Shown here: positions 51,675 to 61,909 of the stretch, piece after piece
Position numbering within the stretch: the stretch's first letter is position 1
How the letters are laid out: every line of letters begins with the position of its first letter
NCBI RefSeq assembly: GCF_963506605.1
Contig: NC_083276.1
Span: forward strand, 63,488,001-63,552,000
DNA: 64,000 nucleotides
From: Zootoca vivipara
Taxonomy: Eukaryota
Direction: 5' to 3'
Notes under the pieces: model-generated
What the model was told of the DNA's origin: nothing
Databases searched by the model: none
What the model saw: the letters and a program-made list of their open reading frames with translations, nothing else
Position numbers and translations under genes: made by a program

Positions 51675-51921
51675 CAGTCGTACCTTGGAAGTCGAATGGA
51701 ATCCGTTCTGGAAGTCCGTTCGACTTCCAAAACATTCGGAAACCAAAGTGTAGCTTCTGATTGGCTGGAGGAAGCTCCTGCAACCAATTGGAAGCCGCGG
51801 AAGGCCTCGTCGGACATTTGGGTTCCAAAGAACGTTTGCAAACCGGAACACTCACTTCCGGGTTTGCGGTGTCCAGGAGCCAAAATGTTCGACTCGCAAG
51901 GCATTCGGAATCCAAGGTACA
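51675..51921. mobile_element. Tigger/pogo-like MITE (right TIR eroded)
   Basis: ta-cagtcgtaccttgga … tccaaggtac. Confidence 0.8.
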
Positions 51922-53255
51922 AGCATACAGAAGAATTCTGAAAACGTAACTTGATAAGTCATGACAAAAACTGAATAGTTACTTCATTCAGTTCTAATAG
52001 GAACACACAGATTCTTTGGGAAGTAAAGACCTTCTGGAGTAGATTTTGGAGCTGCATGGGGAGCTGGGCATGGGAGGTAAAAAGGCTGTTGCACAAATGG
52101 ATACAACAATTTGCTGTTTCCAGGGTGCCTTTTCATCTTCAAAGCAATAACAAAGTCCAAAAAATCTAAAATGGAAAAACTGCAGTTGTCAAAAAGGGAG
52201 TGGAAATTGAGTGAGTTTTAATATCCTCATCTCAAAGCACTGCCTTTGTTGCTACAATGCGCTAGGTATTAAATCTTTCCACATACAACGCACACGTAAA
52301 GGCACAATAGTTATTCAACAGTAACGTTAAGCTGCAGCAAATAAATGTGAATTTAATACACAGAGAGAAGGATAGGAACAACTTATACGGTAAAATAAGC
52401 AATCATACTTTCAGTTAAGTTAGACAAACAATTTTTAGGATGGCGCAAGTGATGTTTTTCCAGTTGATTCAAATGCATAAATTTTGCTATATTTTTTAGC
52501 TAGGGCTAGAACATGATTGTGACATTTTAAAAGCTTCCATAGCACCCTGTGGTCCTGATCCAGCTAATGTAAAACATGACTAAGGCCTTTGGAAAGCAAG
52601 TGGAGCAGAGGAGTACCTAGGGTCCCTTGCACACTTGGCAAGAAGCTGTATCAGCACACCCACCCACAATCACTTTGCCACAATAGCCACCTTAGAAATC
52701 ACAACATTTTACGTGACCCAAGTACTTGAAGCATTCTGAGTGAGGGCAAGGTGAGGAGGAAAGGCAAAACAAAACAAAAGCACGCCTTTGCATTGCAGTG
52801 TGAGAAGGATGTGAAGCTTCTCCCGTGTTTGATTTCGCCACGAAAGCAGTGGCGTATCACCACACACAAAAACATCATACACTCCATCATCCAATGGGTG
52901 ATTTTTGTGCCCCCCTCTGACTGCATCCTCAGCGACGGTCGGTTTCACCAGCCCCATGGTCATTAACTGGTACTACTACTTTCATTTAGACTTGATGTTG
53001 GATTGGGTTTTTTGTTCACATCTTGTTGAATGTATATCATTGGTCACTGGCTCCTCCACTAGGACTGATACATGCTATTTTAGAGTTACAAAAGGCATCT
53101 GCAGTTTTTAATCTTGAAATTTGCATTGTTATATACTCTGTTTCTTCCATATTTTTCTAAACATTTCAGGCATGCAGCTCTTTCTTTAAACTGAAGTGTT
53201 GCAAAGGAATTTGTGCAAAACTCTGAAGGATGAAGCTGAATCCATTTGTCTTCAG

Positions 53256-53525
53256 TCATTGCTGCTCAGTATCCCAGCTGCTGCAGGAGGTACTGTCCAC
53301 CGTCATGATTTCCTGCAGCAGAGCTTGGCCACCCTCTGCAGCAGTGCCTCTCCCACTGTTGCCACCAACACTGCCATTGAAGCTCCCTGGGCTTCTTTGA
53401 GTATCAGAATAACTAAACCTGAGCTGGTGTCTCTCATCAACCGCCTCAAGAGCCAAGGACTTTTCAGCCAGTTCTGCTGCTATTGCCTGGCCAACATGAA
53501 CACCAAGGTGCTGAAGAAAGCTTAG
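53256..53525 (-). CDS. Terminal coding exon of an unidentified host gene (C-terminal 84-89 aa)
   Basis: Open frame LSFLQHLGVHVGQAIAAELAEKSLALEAVDERHQLRFSYSDTQRSPGSFNGSVGGNSGRGTAAEGGQALLQEIMTVDSTSCSSWDTEQQ*; preceded on minus by ttctaac…gttgacttatcctag (acceptor, exon start 53525) with an in-frame alternative tttcttcag (start 53510); GC-richer than flanks, non-repetitive, followed by UTR-like sequence. Confidence 0.65.
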   Translation of the reverse strand, partial: LSFLQHLGVHVGQAIAAELAEKSLALEAVDERHQLRFSYSDTQRSPGSFNGSVGGNSGRGTAAEGGQALLQEIMTVDSTSCSSWDTEQQ

Positions 53526-53734
53526 CTAGGATAAGTCAACCGCACTGAGTGGGTTAGAATCCTCCTGATTAACTGTTCCTCAATTCACACCTTGAGGGTT
53601 CATGCCTATATGCCTATTAGGCCACTGGAGGCAGCAGGTCATGATTAATCCCCCTAGGTAGCAAAAGCTCTTCCTGTTGAGTAGCTGTTTGTCAGAATAG
53701 TGGCCACGTCTTCTGAGGTGCAGTCCTCGAGGGG

Positions 53735-53835
53735 AAGAGCTACAACTCTGTGGTGGAGCATTTGCTCTGCAGACAGAAGATTCCACGTTCAATCTAGGTA
53801 AGGCTGGGAATGTACTGTCTCAAACCCAAGAGATA
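53735..53835 (+). mobile_element. Degraded tRNA-derived SINE head (similar copy about 60352-60405)
   Basis: gagctacaactctgtggtggagcatttgctctgcagacagaagattccacgttcaatc, with A/B-box-like segments. Confidence 0.5.
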
Positions 53836-53886
53836 GTACAATGTGCTGTATGGGTCCCTATGAATCAGACCACAAGCAACAGAAAG

Positions 53887-53888
<2 letters not shown>

Positions 53889-53924
<36 letters not shown>
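53889..53924. repeat. (CA)n microsatellite
   Basis: About 18 units. Confidence 0.95.
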
Positions 53925-53927
<3 letters not shown>

Positions 53928-53938
53928 TACATATATAC

Positions 53939-54113
53939 CAGGCATCCCCAAACTGAGGCCCTCCAGGTGTTTTGGCCTACAACTCCCATGATCCCTAGCT
54001 AACAGGACCAGTGGTTGGGGAAGATGGGGATCCCTAGCTAACAGGACCAGTGGTTGGGGAAGATGGGAACTGTAGCCCAAAACATCTAGAGGGCCACAGT
54101 TTGGAGATGCTTG
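53939..54113. mobile_element. hAT MITE (family of 5558-5693) with internal duplication
   Basis: Perfect TSD atatatac; gatccctagctaacaggaccagtggttggggaagatggg present twice. Confidence 0.92.
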
Positions 54114-55067
54114 ATATATACCATAAGCTACTCAAACTAGATAGACCAATGGTCTGGCGGTAAAAGACAGCTCTTTTATGTGCAAGTGGTGGGAGAGCAG
54201 GGGATTGGTGTTACATTTGTTGAGACCATGACCCTTTTGTAAAAAATGAACTTATTACAATTTAATTCAATAGATCCTAATAGAAAACAAGAAGCCATTT
54301 TTCTGCTTTAATAACCAACTTTTCCAAATTTAATTTATGCTTTTAAAATCCAATAATCTTTAATATAATTATGTCTTCTAACCAAAATACAATTTGCTGC
54401 AATGGTTATAGCCAGGTCACATTCCTATCTTTAGTTTTAGTCACTCCCTGTTCTTTAAATACTTGACTTCTTTGTTCCTGCATGCTCTGAAGTGCCATTC
54501 TGTATTGCCACAGGCACAATGGCTATGTTTTTACTAGCAATGAAAGCAGTTGTCATTAGACTTTAAATTCAATAGCATCATTTTGACATATTTGAAGTAT
54601 GTCTTAATTTAAAATTTGATTAAAATTACAAACACCCCAACTTGTATGCCAATCAAAATATGTTTAGCCCCTCATTTGAACTTTTATATGAACTATCCAT
54701 ATGTGCAACTCATACAATCAATAGGAATTAAAGATTTTTTTTCAAGATTGTAAACATGTATTTTAATAAACCTGAAAAGATAATTACAAGATCAAAAATT
54801 ATTTGTAGTGGATGAACAACTAATTTATATATGTCAATAATTATTTCCATCAAAACTATGGAACTACAACTGATTTAAGAACACAGTACAGTGACTCCAT
54901 TATGCACTGGACAAGGAAGAACCTCTTTGCATACGTGAATAATTTCTCTTAACAGAACGAGACGCCAATATGTATATATAACTTTAATTCACACCAGCTC
55001 TAAGAGTGAAGCTTGCTCTGCAGCTTCTGTTGTTACTTCTACACTGCTGCTGCTGCTTCTCCTAAGG

Positions 55068-55203
55068 CAGGCTTCCTCAACCTCAGCCCTCCAGGTGTTT
55101 TTGGCCTACAACTCCCATGATCCCTAGCTAGCAGGACCAGTGGTCAGGGATGCTGGGAATTGTAGTCTCATAACATCTGGAGGGCCGAGGTTGAGGAAGC
55201 TTG
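55068..55203. mobile_element. hAT MITE (sister subfamily of 5558-5693)
   Basis: TIRs caggcttcctcaacctc/gaggttgaggaagcttg; perfect TSD tcctaagg. Confidence 0.92.
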
Positions 55204-56589
55204 TCCTAAGGTTTCTGAAGAAAGCACTCTGTTCAATTATTCGGGCTTTGGTTATATCCAGATTACTGCATGATTTTGTCAAATAAGTATGCATAGCAGG
55301 ATGGCCAGTGTGGTGCCCCCCCCCCCCAAGATGTTGGTCTACAACTCCAACAATCTTTGGCTGTTTGTACTGGTGCTGATACGTGTTGTAGTTCAACAAC
55401 ATCTGGGGGCACAATGGTGGCTATCCCTCATCAATATTACACTCAGGACAGAGTTACATTAACAGCCACCAGTAGTTTTACAATGTAAACTACCCACACC
55501 GGTGAGAAAAATAGTGTTCTAATAGTTATCCAAAGAGCCCTTGGCACTGTCACTGCATAAAGTTAATATCCTTCAGCTGCATAATAGCATTAGAAAAAAA
55601 CTTTTTGTCAAGTATTTCCTACCTTGAAATATCAAAGGAGAATTTAACAACATAACTGATTTTCAAATGCAGCAGTATGTTGAAGACTGAAGGAGACTTG
55701 GGGCAATAATATGGAAACTTTCTAACGGCAAGCTCTTCCACAGTCAGAAGCAGATTACATTTAAATTGTGGAAAATAAACTGTTCAAATCACCTTAAGTC
55801 CAGTCAATGGTAGACTTGAAATATATTGCCAGGCCAAGGCACTACTGGGGGAAGATACATTTTATTTATACATTTTTTCCCCAGAGAACGGTTTAAAATT
55901 TAATAGAATGGAAGTTAAATTTGGCTGTGTTTTGGTTTTGTCCTGCCACTGGGGAAAATAGAACCAAAGCAAAGTTCTGTTCAGTGAATAGTCATATTTT
56001 AAACTGTGCATTTAAATTTTATTGTGGTTTTAGAAAATTATCAACAAAATATAATGGATACATTTTAAATAAATAAATAAAATCTGTAACTTAGGACAAA
56101 ATCATCTCTCTTCTACAATTCATGATGTATTTGTGTATGCACACACACACACACACAAATTAAAAGGGAAATTGAAAAATCTGTGATAATATATGTTTAG
56201 CACCATGTTCATTAAACTGATTTTTTTATATAAAAACCCTGACATAAATATGACAAGAGTGATTAATTTTCAGTGTGCTTATGAGAAAAAGTGTTATACT
56301 GTTGTTTGGAATGCTGCTTGGAATTGAAACATTTCCAAATCTGTCAATAATTAGAAATTAAAACAATGAGAATCTATAATTCCAATGACACTTGCTACTT
56401 CCAGAAGATGGCTTATTTTAAATGTGCTCACACTTATTCTTGTCAATGAAGACCTGCCATAGCAAATTATATCATTTTGGGAAATTGCATGACATTTAGC
56501 AGAAAATATCTCCCTTGTTATCTGAAGATAGTTTTGAAACATGGCATCATTCTTTAGTAGATTTTTGAAGGGTTTTTTTTAAATATACC

Positions 56590-56592
<3 letters not shown>

Positions 56593-56630
<38 letters not shown>
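56593..56630. repeat. (TA)n microsatellite
   Basis: About 19 units. Confidence 0.95.
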
Positions 56631-56634
<4 letters not shown>

Positions 56635-56859
56635 AAAGCTCAACTTGCAGTGTTCGCTTTCACTTAACATTATCTGAAGACCTGGAAATTTCACATGCAA
56701 TGTAATGTAGCAGACTGAGCTAGAACATTTGGAGAAGAAACTTTATGGTGGCAATAGTACTTTTAAAGTATTATAAAGTTCTGTGCCTATATTCCTGTCC
56801 CTGATGAAGATATAGAATCTTGCAGGATAGTGACCTTAGAGATTTGGTCAAGCATTTGG

Positions 56860-56948
56860 AGAAGAAGAAGAAGAAGAAGAAGAAGAAGAAGAAGAAGAAG
56901 AAGAAGAAGAAGAAGAAGAAGAAGAAGAAGAAGAAGAAGAAGAAGAAG
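56860..56948. repeat. (GAA)n trinucleotide repeat, about 29-30 units
   Basis: Uninterrupted gaagaagaag…; source of the poly-K/poly-F ORFs. Confidence 0.97.
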
Positions 56949-56983
56949 GACAGAACGAAGCATGTCTTAGTATGGAGTGCCCA

Positions 56984-57149
56984 TTTCCTGACCAAGCTCC
57001 TCTAACTTCCTGGGGTTCAGTCTGCAGTTTATTTCGAAATGTGAAATAAACTGCAGACTGAACCTCAGGAAGTTAGAGGAGCTTGATCAGGAAGCTCCTC
57101 TATTTCGAAACAGGAAGTTTTGAAATAAACATTATGTTTGTATTAAAAT
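56984..57149. repeat. Foldback insertion with 51-bp arms and 9-bp flanking direct repeats
   Basis: Arms 56985-57035 and 57043-57093 (2 mismatches), loop gaaatgt; gagtgccca at 56975-56983 and 57150-57158. Confidence 0.8.
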
Positions 57150-57396
57150 GAGTGCCCAGGTGTGGTAATGGATTGGATGAAGGTCAATCCAGAGGTCCTG
57201 TTAGTAGGTGATTTGTCTACTTCGGCTAGTGGATTTAATTTTGTGCTGGATGAGATTGCGCTCTTCTTGAAGGAACAAGTTAGAACAAGTTGTATAGGGG
57301 TCCTCATTGATCAGACTTTGCCGCTGCAAACAGAAAAGGCACTCAGTTCTACAGAGGAAACCTAACAGCTTAGGCTGGTGCACCAGCTGCAAAGCC

Positions 57397-57970
57397 TGTT
57401 GTTGTTGTTGTTGTTTAGTTGTTTAGTCGTGTCCGACTCTTCGTGACCCCATGGACCAGAGCACGCCAGGCACTCCTGTCTTGCACTGCTTCCTGCAGTT
57501 TGGTCAGACTCATGTTCGTAGCTTCAAGAACACTGTCCAACCATCTCGTCCTCTGTTGTCCCCTTCTCCTTGTGCCCTCAATCTTTTCCAACACAAGGGT
57601 CTTTTCCACGGAGTCTTCTCTCCTCATGAGGTGGCCAAAGTATTGGAGCCTCAGCTTCATGATCTGTCCTTCTAACGAGCACTCAGGGCTGATTTCCTTA
57701 AGAATGGATAGGTTTGATCTTCTTGCAGTCCATGGGATTCTCAATAGTCTCCTCCAGCACCATAATTCAAAAGCATCAATTCTTCGGCGATCAGCCTTCT
57801 TTATGGTCCAGCTCTCACTTCCATATATCACTACTGGGAAAACCATAGCTTGAACTATACGGACCTTTGTCAGCAAGGTGATGTCTCTGCTTTTTAAGAT
57901 GCTGTCTAGGTTTGTCATTGCTTTTCTCCCAAGAAGCAGGCGTCTTTTAATTTCGTGGCTGCTGTCACCA
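57397..57970 (-). mobile_element. BovB 3' fragment inserted into a degraded L2 (about 57150-58210)
   Basis: Minus ORF GDSSHEIKRRLLLGRKAMTNLDSILKSRDITL…HGVTKSRTRLNN; flanks read as L2 ORF2 remnants (QLRLVHQLQ | LDR… YVGLPLKTV). Confidence 0.93.
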
Positions 57971-59109
57971 CCTAGACAGAGGTAACTTAGCCCTGGCAAC
58001 CACCAAATTAAAATACTGTAATTAATACTGTAATTATATGTAGGGTTGCCTTTGAAGACAGTTTGCACACAACTGGACAATCTGGACACTGCTAAATACA
58101 GCTGCAAGGTTATTAATGGGACTGGCATTATGATGTTACATCTGTGTTTTTCCAACTGTACTGGTTGTCAGTTAATGTCTGGCATCAATTCAAAGTACTG
58201 GTTTTGACTCTGGACTGGGTTTCCTGGAGAATCCTGGTACTGTATTGCTTTCCTACCATTTTGGTATGAGGCAAGTACCTTTCTAAAATTTCCCTTTATA
58301 CACTCAGTAGATCATTGCATTCTGCATGAAATCTTCTCCTTCAAGTCCCAAAAATATAAGAAGGCCACTCTGTAGCAACTTGAAGCAGCTCTTTCAGCAG
58401 GGGCAATGCACCCTGTTTCATCACAGGAAGTTCCACCATGTCACCCCTGGTGGAGAAGTGGCACCATCATCAACATCCATTTCCAGCAAGATTGCACCAA
58501 AATTGCACAAGATCTCGGAGTTTTGGAGAGATGTTGCCAGAAACTGGTGTGGTCTCGACTGAAATCAGTGGTGGGGTGCTGCCTCAGGGGCTTCTGCCAT
58601 CTGAAATGACAGCCTCACCCTGCCTAATGGCTGCGTTGGCCCCGGCTTTCAGTGTGGGTACGCCTGCTCGGTGGTACAGTATAGCATTCTTGTTGACATA
58701 CAGCAGTTGCACATTATCTGTACTTTCCAGAAACTATTTTTGTTTCAATAAGCTTTACTAGCTTGATGAAATGGTGTGTGCTGAAAAGATTCATTTTGCA
58801 TTGGGTTTAAAGCTTTTTTTTTTTCCTTTTCGATCATCTTAAATGCAATAAATCATGTTTTTTTAAGATATGTCTGTAAATGATGTTGATGTATATATGT
58901 AAAAGATGTTTTAGGGTTTTCCCCCCTGTGTTCAGACTTTCTCTCTTTTATTGTATTTGATTGTGTTCTTTTGTTTTATTGTGAATTGAACTTTTTGTAA
59001 GCTGCCCTGGGAGCTTACAATGAATGGAGTATACACTCAATAATAATTTTTCAGGAACACTCCTCTATTATGTTCAAGTGAATTTAAAAATATCTTAAAC
59101 ATACCCATG

Positions 59110-59110
<1 letters not shown>

Positions 59111-59144
<34 letters not shown>

Positions 59145-59163
59145 ATAATAATAATAATAAATA
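59111..59163. repeat. Compound (CTA)n(ATA)n microsatellite
   Basis: tactactac…actaataataata. Confidence 0.93.
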
Positions 59164-61418
59164 GCAGTATTCTGATAATAATACTAAATAATAAGAATAG
59201 CATAACCAAATAGGGAAAAATTATTTATTTGGTTTTTCAAATTAAAATTTTACAGTCACATTATCCAACTTACAACATAAAAACAAGATTCCAAGGAATC
59301 TCTTGGACTTCCCTCCTCCCCTTTGTGGGTCCTATTGTTAATCATTTCCTGCTACATTTTTTATGATAATCCAAATATTTTACCTGTCCATTGTGTCCAA
59401 AATTCACCATTAAACTACAAGTGATAGCCATATCTAAACTGAATGAACTACATAGGAAAGCAAGGAGATTGGGCCCATGTCAAGTACTAGTCATAATCAT
59501 GGACCAATTGAAATTAATGTACCCAAGTTAGTCATGTTTATTAATTTTAGTGAGTCCTCTCTGAGCAGGACTAACACCAGATACAACTCTTAGTGATAGA
59601 ATTCATGTATATTCATGTATATTCTTAGATCAATTGTTTTTGCTTTCATTATCCTGAAGTTTTAAAAAATAATAATATTTAAAGCAGCAATATAAACCAA
59701 TGATAAGCTTATCTAGTTAAACCAGAAAAGTGATTCATTTGAGCCAAGTGTAATAAATAACTCAGGCAGAATACTGGCAATATCTAAGACTTTGCATGGC
59801 AAATATCCAGAAAGCTTGAAAGGATGTTGATAATTAATTATATGCTCAACTGAATGAACACTAGCTACCTAAAAACTAAGAGGAGTTTTATTTTCCAGGT
59901 TACAACAATGTGACACCTACAACTAAATTATAGAAAGTATAAAATTTCAGAATCAGGTCTGCGTTGGAGTTATGGAGAGATGTCAGAGAGCTGGTTAACA
60001 TGTAACACTAAGCAATTGCTTAGCACAGAGGTAGCCAATGTTGTGCGCTCCATATGTTGCTGAACTCCACGTCCCATCAACCCTAACTGGCATAGCCAAT
60101 GATGGGAGTTACAGTCCAACAGCACTTGAAGAGCACCATGTTGGCTATCCTTGGTTTATTGCCATATGAATGATCCCCAGCATGTCCAAGAGAAACATAA
60201 GGCTAATTGTCCATTCCTCCTCATTTTGTGTGGCCACAAGAAAGACTGGTAAAATTATTTCCGGGCTGAAAGAATTTCAAAGCCAAATCTCAGCTGGGCA
60301 AACATGGTGCCTGCATTTTTCCTACTTTTAAGGGTCAGCTGCTAAACAAGAAGGGCTATAGCTCAGCAGCAGAGCATCTGCTGTGCATGCTGAAGTTTCC
60401 AGATCCTAAGACAACTTCAAAGCATGTCGTGAAGCTGGTTTGTTTAACTAACCATTGTTCGTTTTTAACACATAATGCTAAGATGAGATTCTTTGCTCGG
60501 GCTCCCTCAGACTCATCCATATAGCACTAAACTATAATTGAAAATTACACGCAAGCCAAACCAGAAACTACAAAACATAATCGCTGGATGGAATGCCTAG
60601 ACAAATTCTGCGTAATTTTATGTCAAGGATCAATCCAGTTTTTTAAAAAAGATCCACATGAATCTAGCAATATAATATGGATTACATCCTACAAAGCCCT
60701 TAGTCATAGGATCCGAATGAAGTTATAAGCTGCATGAGGCCTAATAAAACAATCCAGATCAAAGGAATAGTTTTGCAGTGGGGGAGTGCTAATAGACACT
60801 GTATTGCTGCAGGTAGCAGTTGTGGCCAATAACATGTTCTCCACCTACATCTGGCACCCTTTCCTGGAAAACAAGAACATAGCCCTCAGAAAACATACTG
60901 TAACTTGGCAATCAGTAGGTAGGGTACCCAGGTATCATATGCCAGTTAGTGTGGTCATTAACATACACACCACACAGATTCAATATATACCTCTCCAAAT
61001 CCACACATACCCATAATCATTCAAATTCAGAGACATTAATTACCAATTTGTATCTATTCATTTCAAAGTGATGGTATTAACTTTTAAAGCCCAAAGCAGA
61101 GTGATCATAGCTTGATTCTGAGCTAGAAGGAACAATAGTCTTTACTTTGTATAACACAGATTCCGATGCTTCTGTTCCACCTCTGGAATGCTATGAACTG
61201 TCTTGCTAGAGCTTTGAGAGAACTAAGGGCTGTTAGATGTAGCTGTGACTGCAAATACCAGCTGAACAGAGTGGTTTTTGGTGAAAAGACAGAACGGGGA
61301 GCAAAGGTTAACCCAGTAAAATCTTAGTTACAGGTAGGTAGCCGTGTTGGTCTGAGTCGAAGCAAAATAAAAAAATTCCTTCAGTAGCACCTTAAAGACC
61401 AACTAAGTTTATATTTTG

Positions 61419-61456
61419 GTATGAGCTTTCGTGTGCATGCACACTTCTTCAGATAC
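61419..61456 (-). ncRNA. Minimal type I hammerhead ribozyme motif
   Basis: Minus strand GUAU-CUGAAGA-A-GUGUG(CAUG)CACAC-GAAA-GC-UC-AUAC: helix I GUAU/AUAC, conserved CUGANGA and GAAA core, UH site. Confidence 0.75.
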
Positions 61457-61473
61457 ACAGAATATCTGAAGAA

Positions 61474-61509
61474 TATCTGAAGAAGTGTGCATGCACACGA
61501 AAGCTCATA
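61474..61509 (+). ncRNA. Minimal type I hammerhead ribozyme motif
   Basis: Plus strand UAU-CUGAAGA-A-GUGUG(CAUG)CACAC-GAAA-GC-UC-AUA; predicted cleavage after C61506. Confidence 0.72.
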
Positions 61510-61659
61510 CCAAAATATAAACTTAGTTGGTCTTTAAGGTGCTACTGAAGGAATTTTTTTATTTTCCAGTAAAATCTTGATCCACTTCAGGACCTTGTGT
61601 TGCTTCTCTTTCTGAGATAATAATAAAAAATGACCCAGTGCTAAGCACACTGTTTAAAA

Positions 61660-61909
61660 CAGGGGTCAGCAAACTTTTTCAGCAGGGGGCCAGTCCACTG
61701 TCCCTCAGACCTTGTGGGGGGCCAGACTATATTTTGAAAAAAAATATGAACGAATTCCTATGCCCCACAAATAACCCAGAGATGCATTTTAAATAAAAGA
61801 ACACATTCTACTCATGTAAAAACATGCTGATTCCTGGACCGTCCGAGGGCCGGATTTAGGAGGTGATTGGGCCACATCCGGCCCCCGGGCCTTAGTTTGG
61901 GGAACCCTG
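61660..61909. mobile_element. hAT MITE (inverted, single-unit relative of 17728-18189)
   Basis: TIRs caggggtcagcaaact/agtttggggaaccctg; perfect TSD gtttaaaa. Confidence 0.93.

Larger units (their letters stand above)
46728..53255 (-). other. Putative long 3' UTR downstream of the terminal coding exon
   Basis: Directly follows the TGA at 53256-53258 on minus; unique segments are U/UG-rich on minus; interrupted by several short TEs. The 3' end cannot be located. Confidence 0.5.
61326..61565. mobile_element. Palindromic Penelope-like element remnant (two inverted terminal-repeat copies)
   Basis: Perfect 92-bp inverted arms 61364-61455 / 61474-61565; 13-bp TSD ccagtaaaatctt (61313-61325, 61566-61578); same family as 13632-13773. 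Confidence 0.88.

Noticed and set aside
53196-53525. 109-aa plus-strand ORF
   Set aside because: Antisense to the better-supported minus-strand terminal exon.
56771-57005. Poly-Lys / poly-Phe ORFs
   Set aside because: Translation of the (GAA)n microsatellite.
56985-57125. Possible hammerhead in the 57-kb hairpin (ctgatcaag…cgaaac)
   Set aside because: No CUGANGA core with a closing helix II on either strand.
60352-60405. tRNA-like sequence gggctatagctcagcagcagagcatctg
   Set aside because: No complete cloverleaf or intact B box; best explained as a SINE head.
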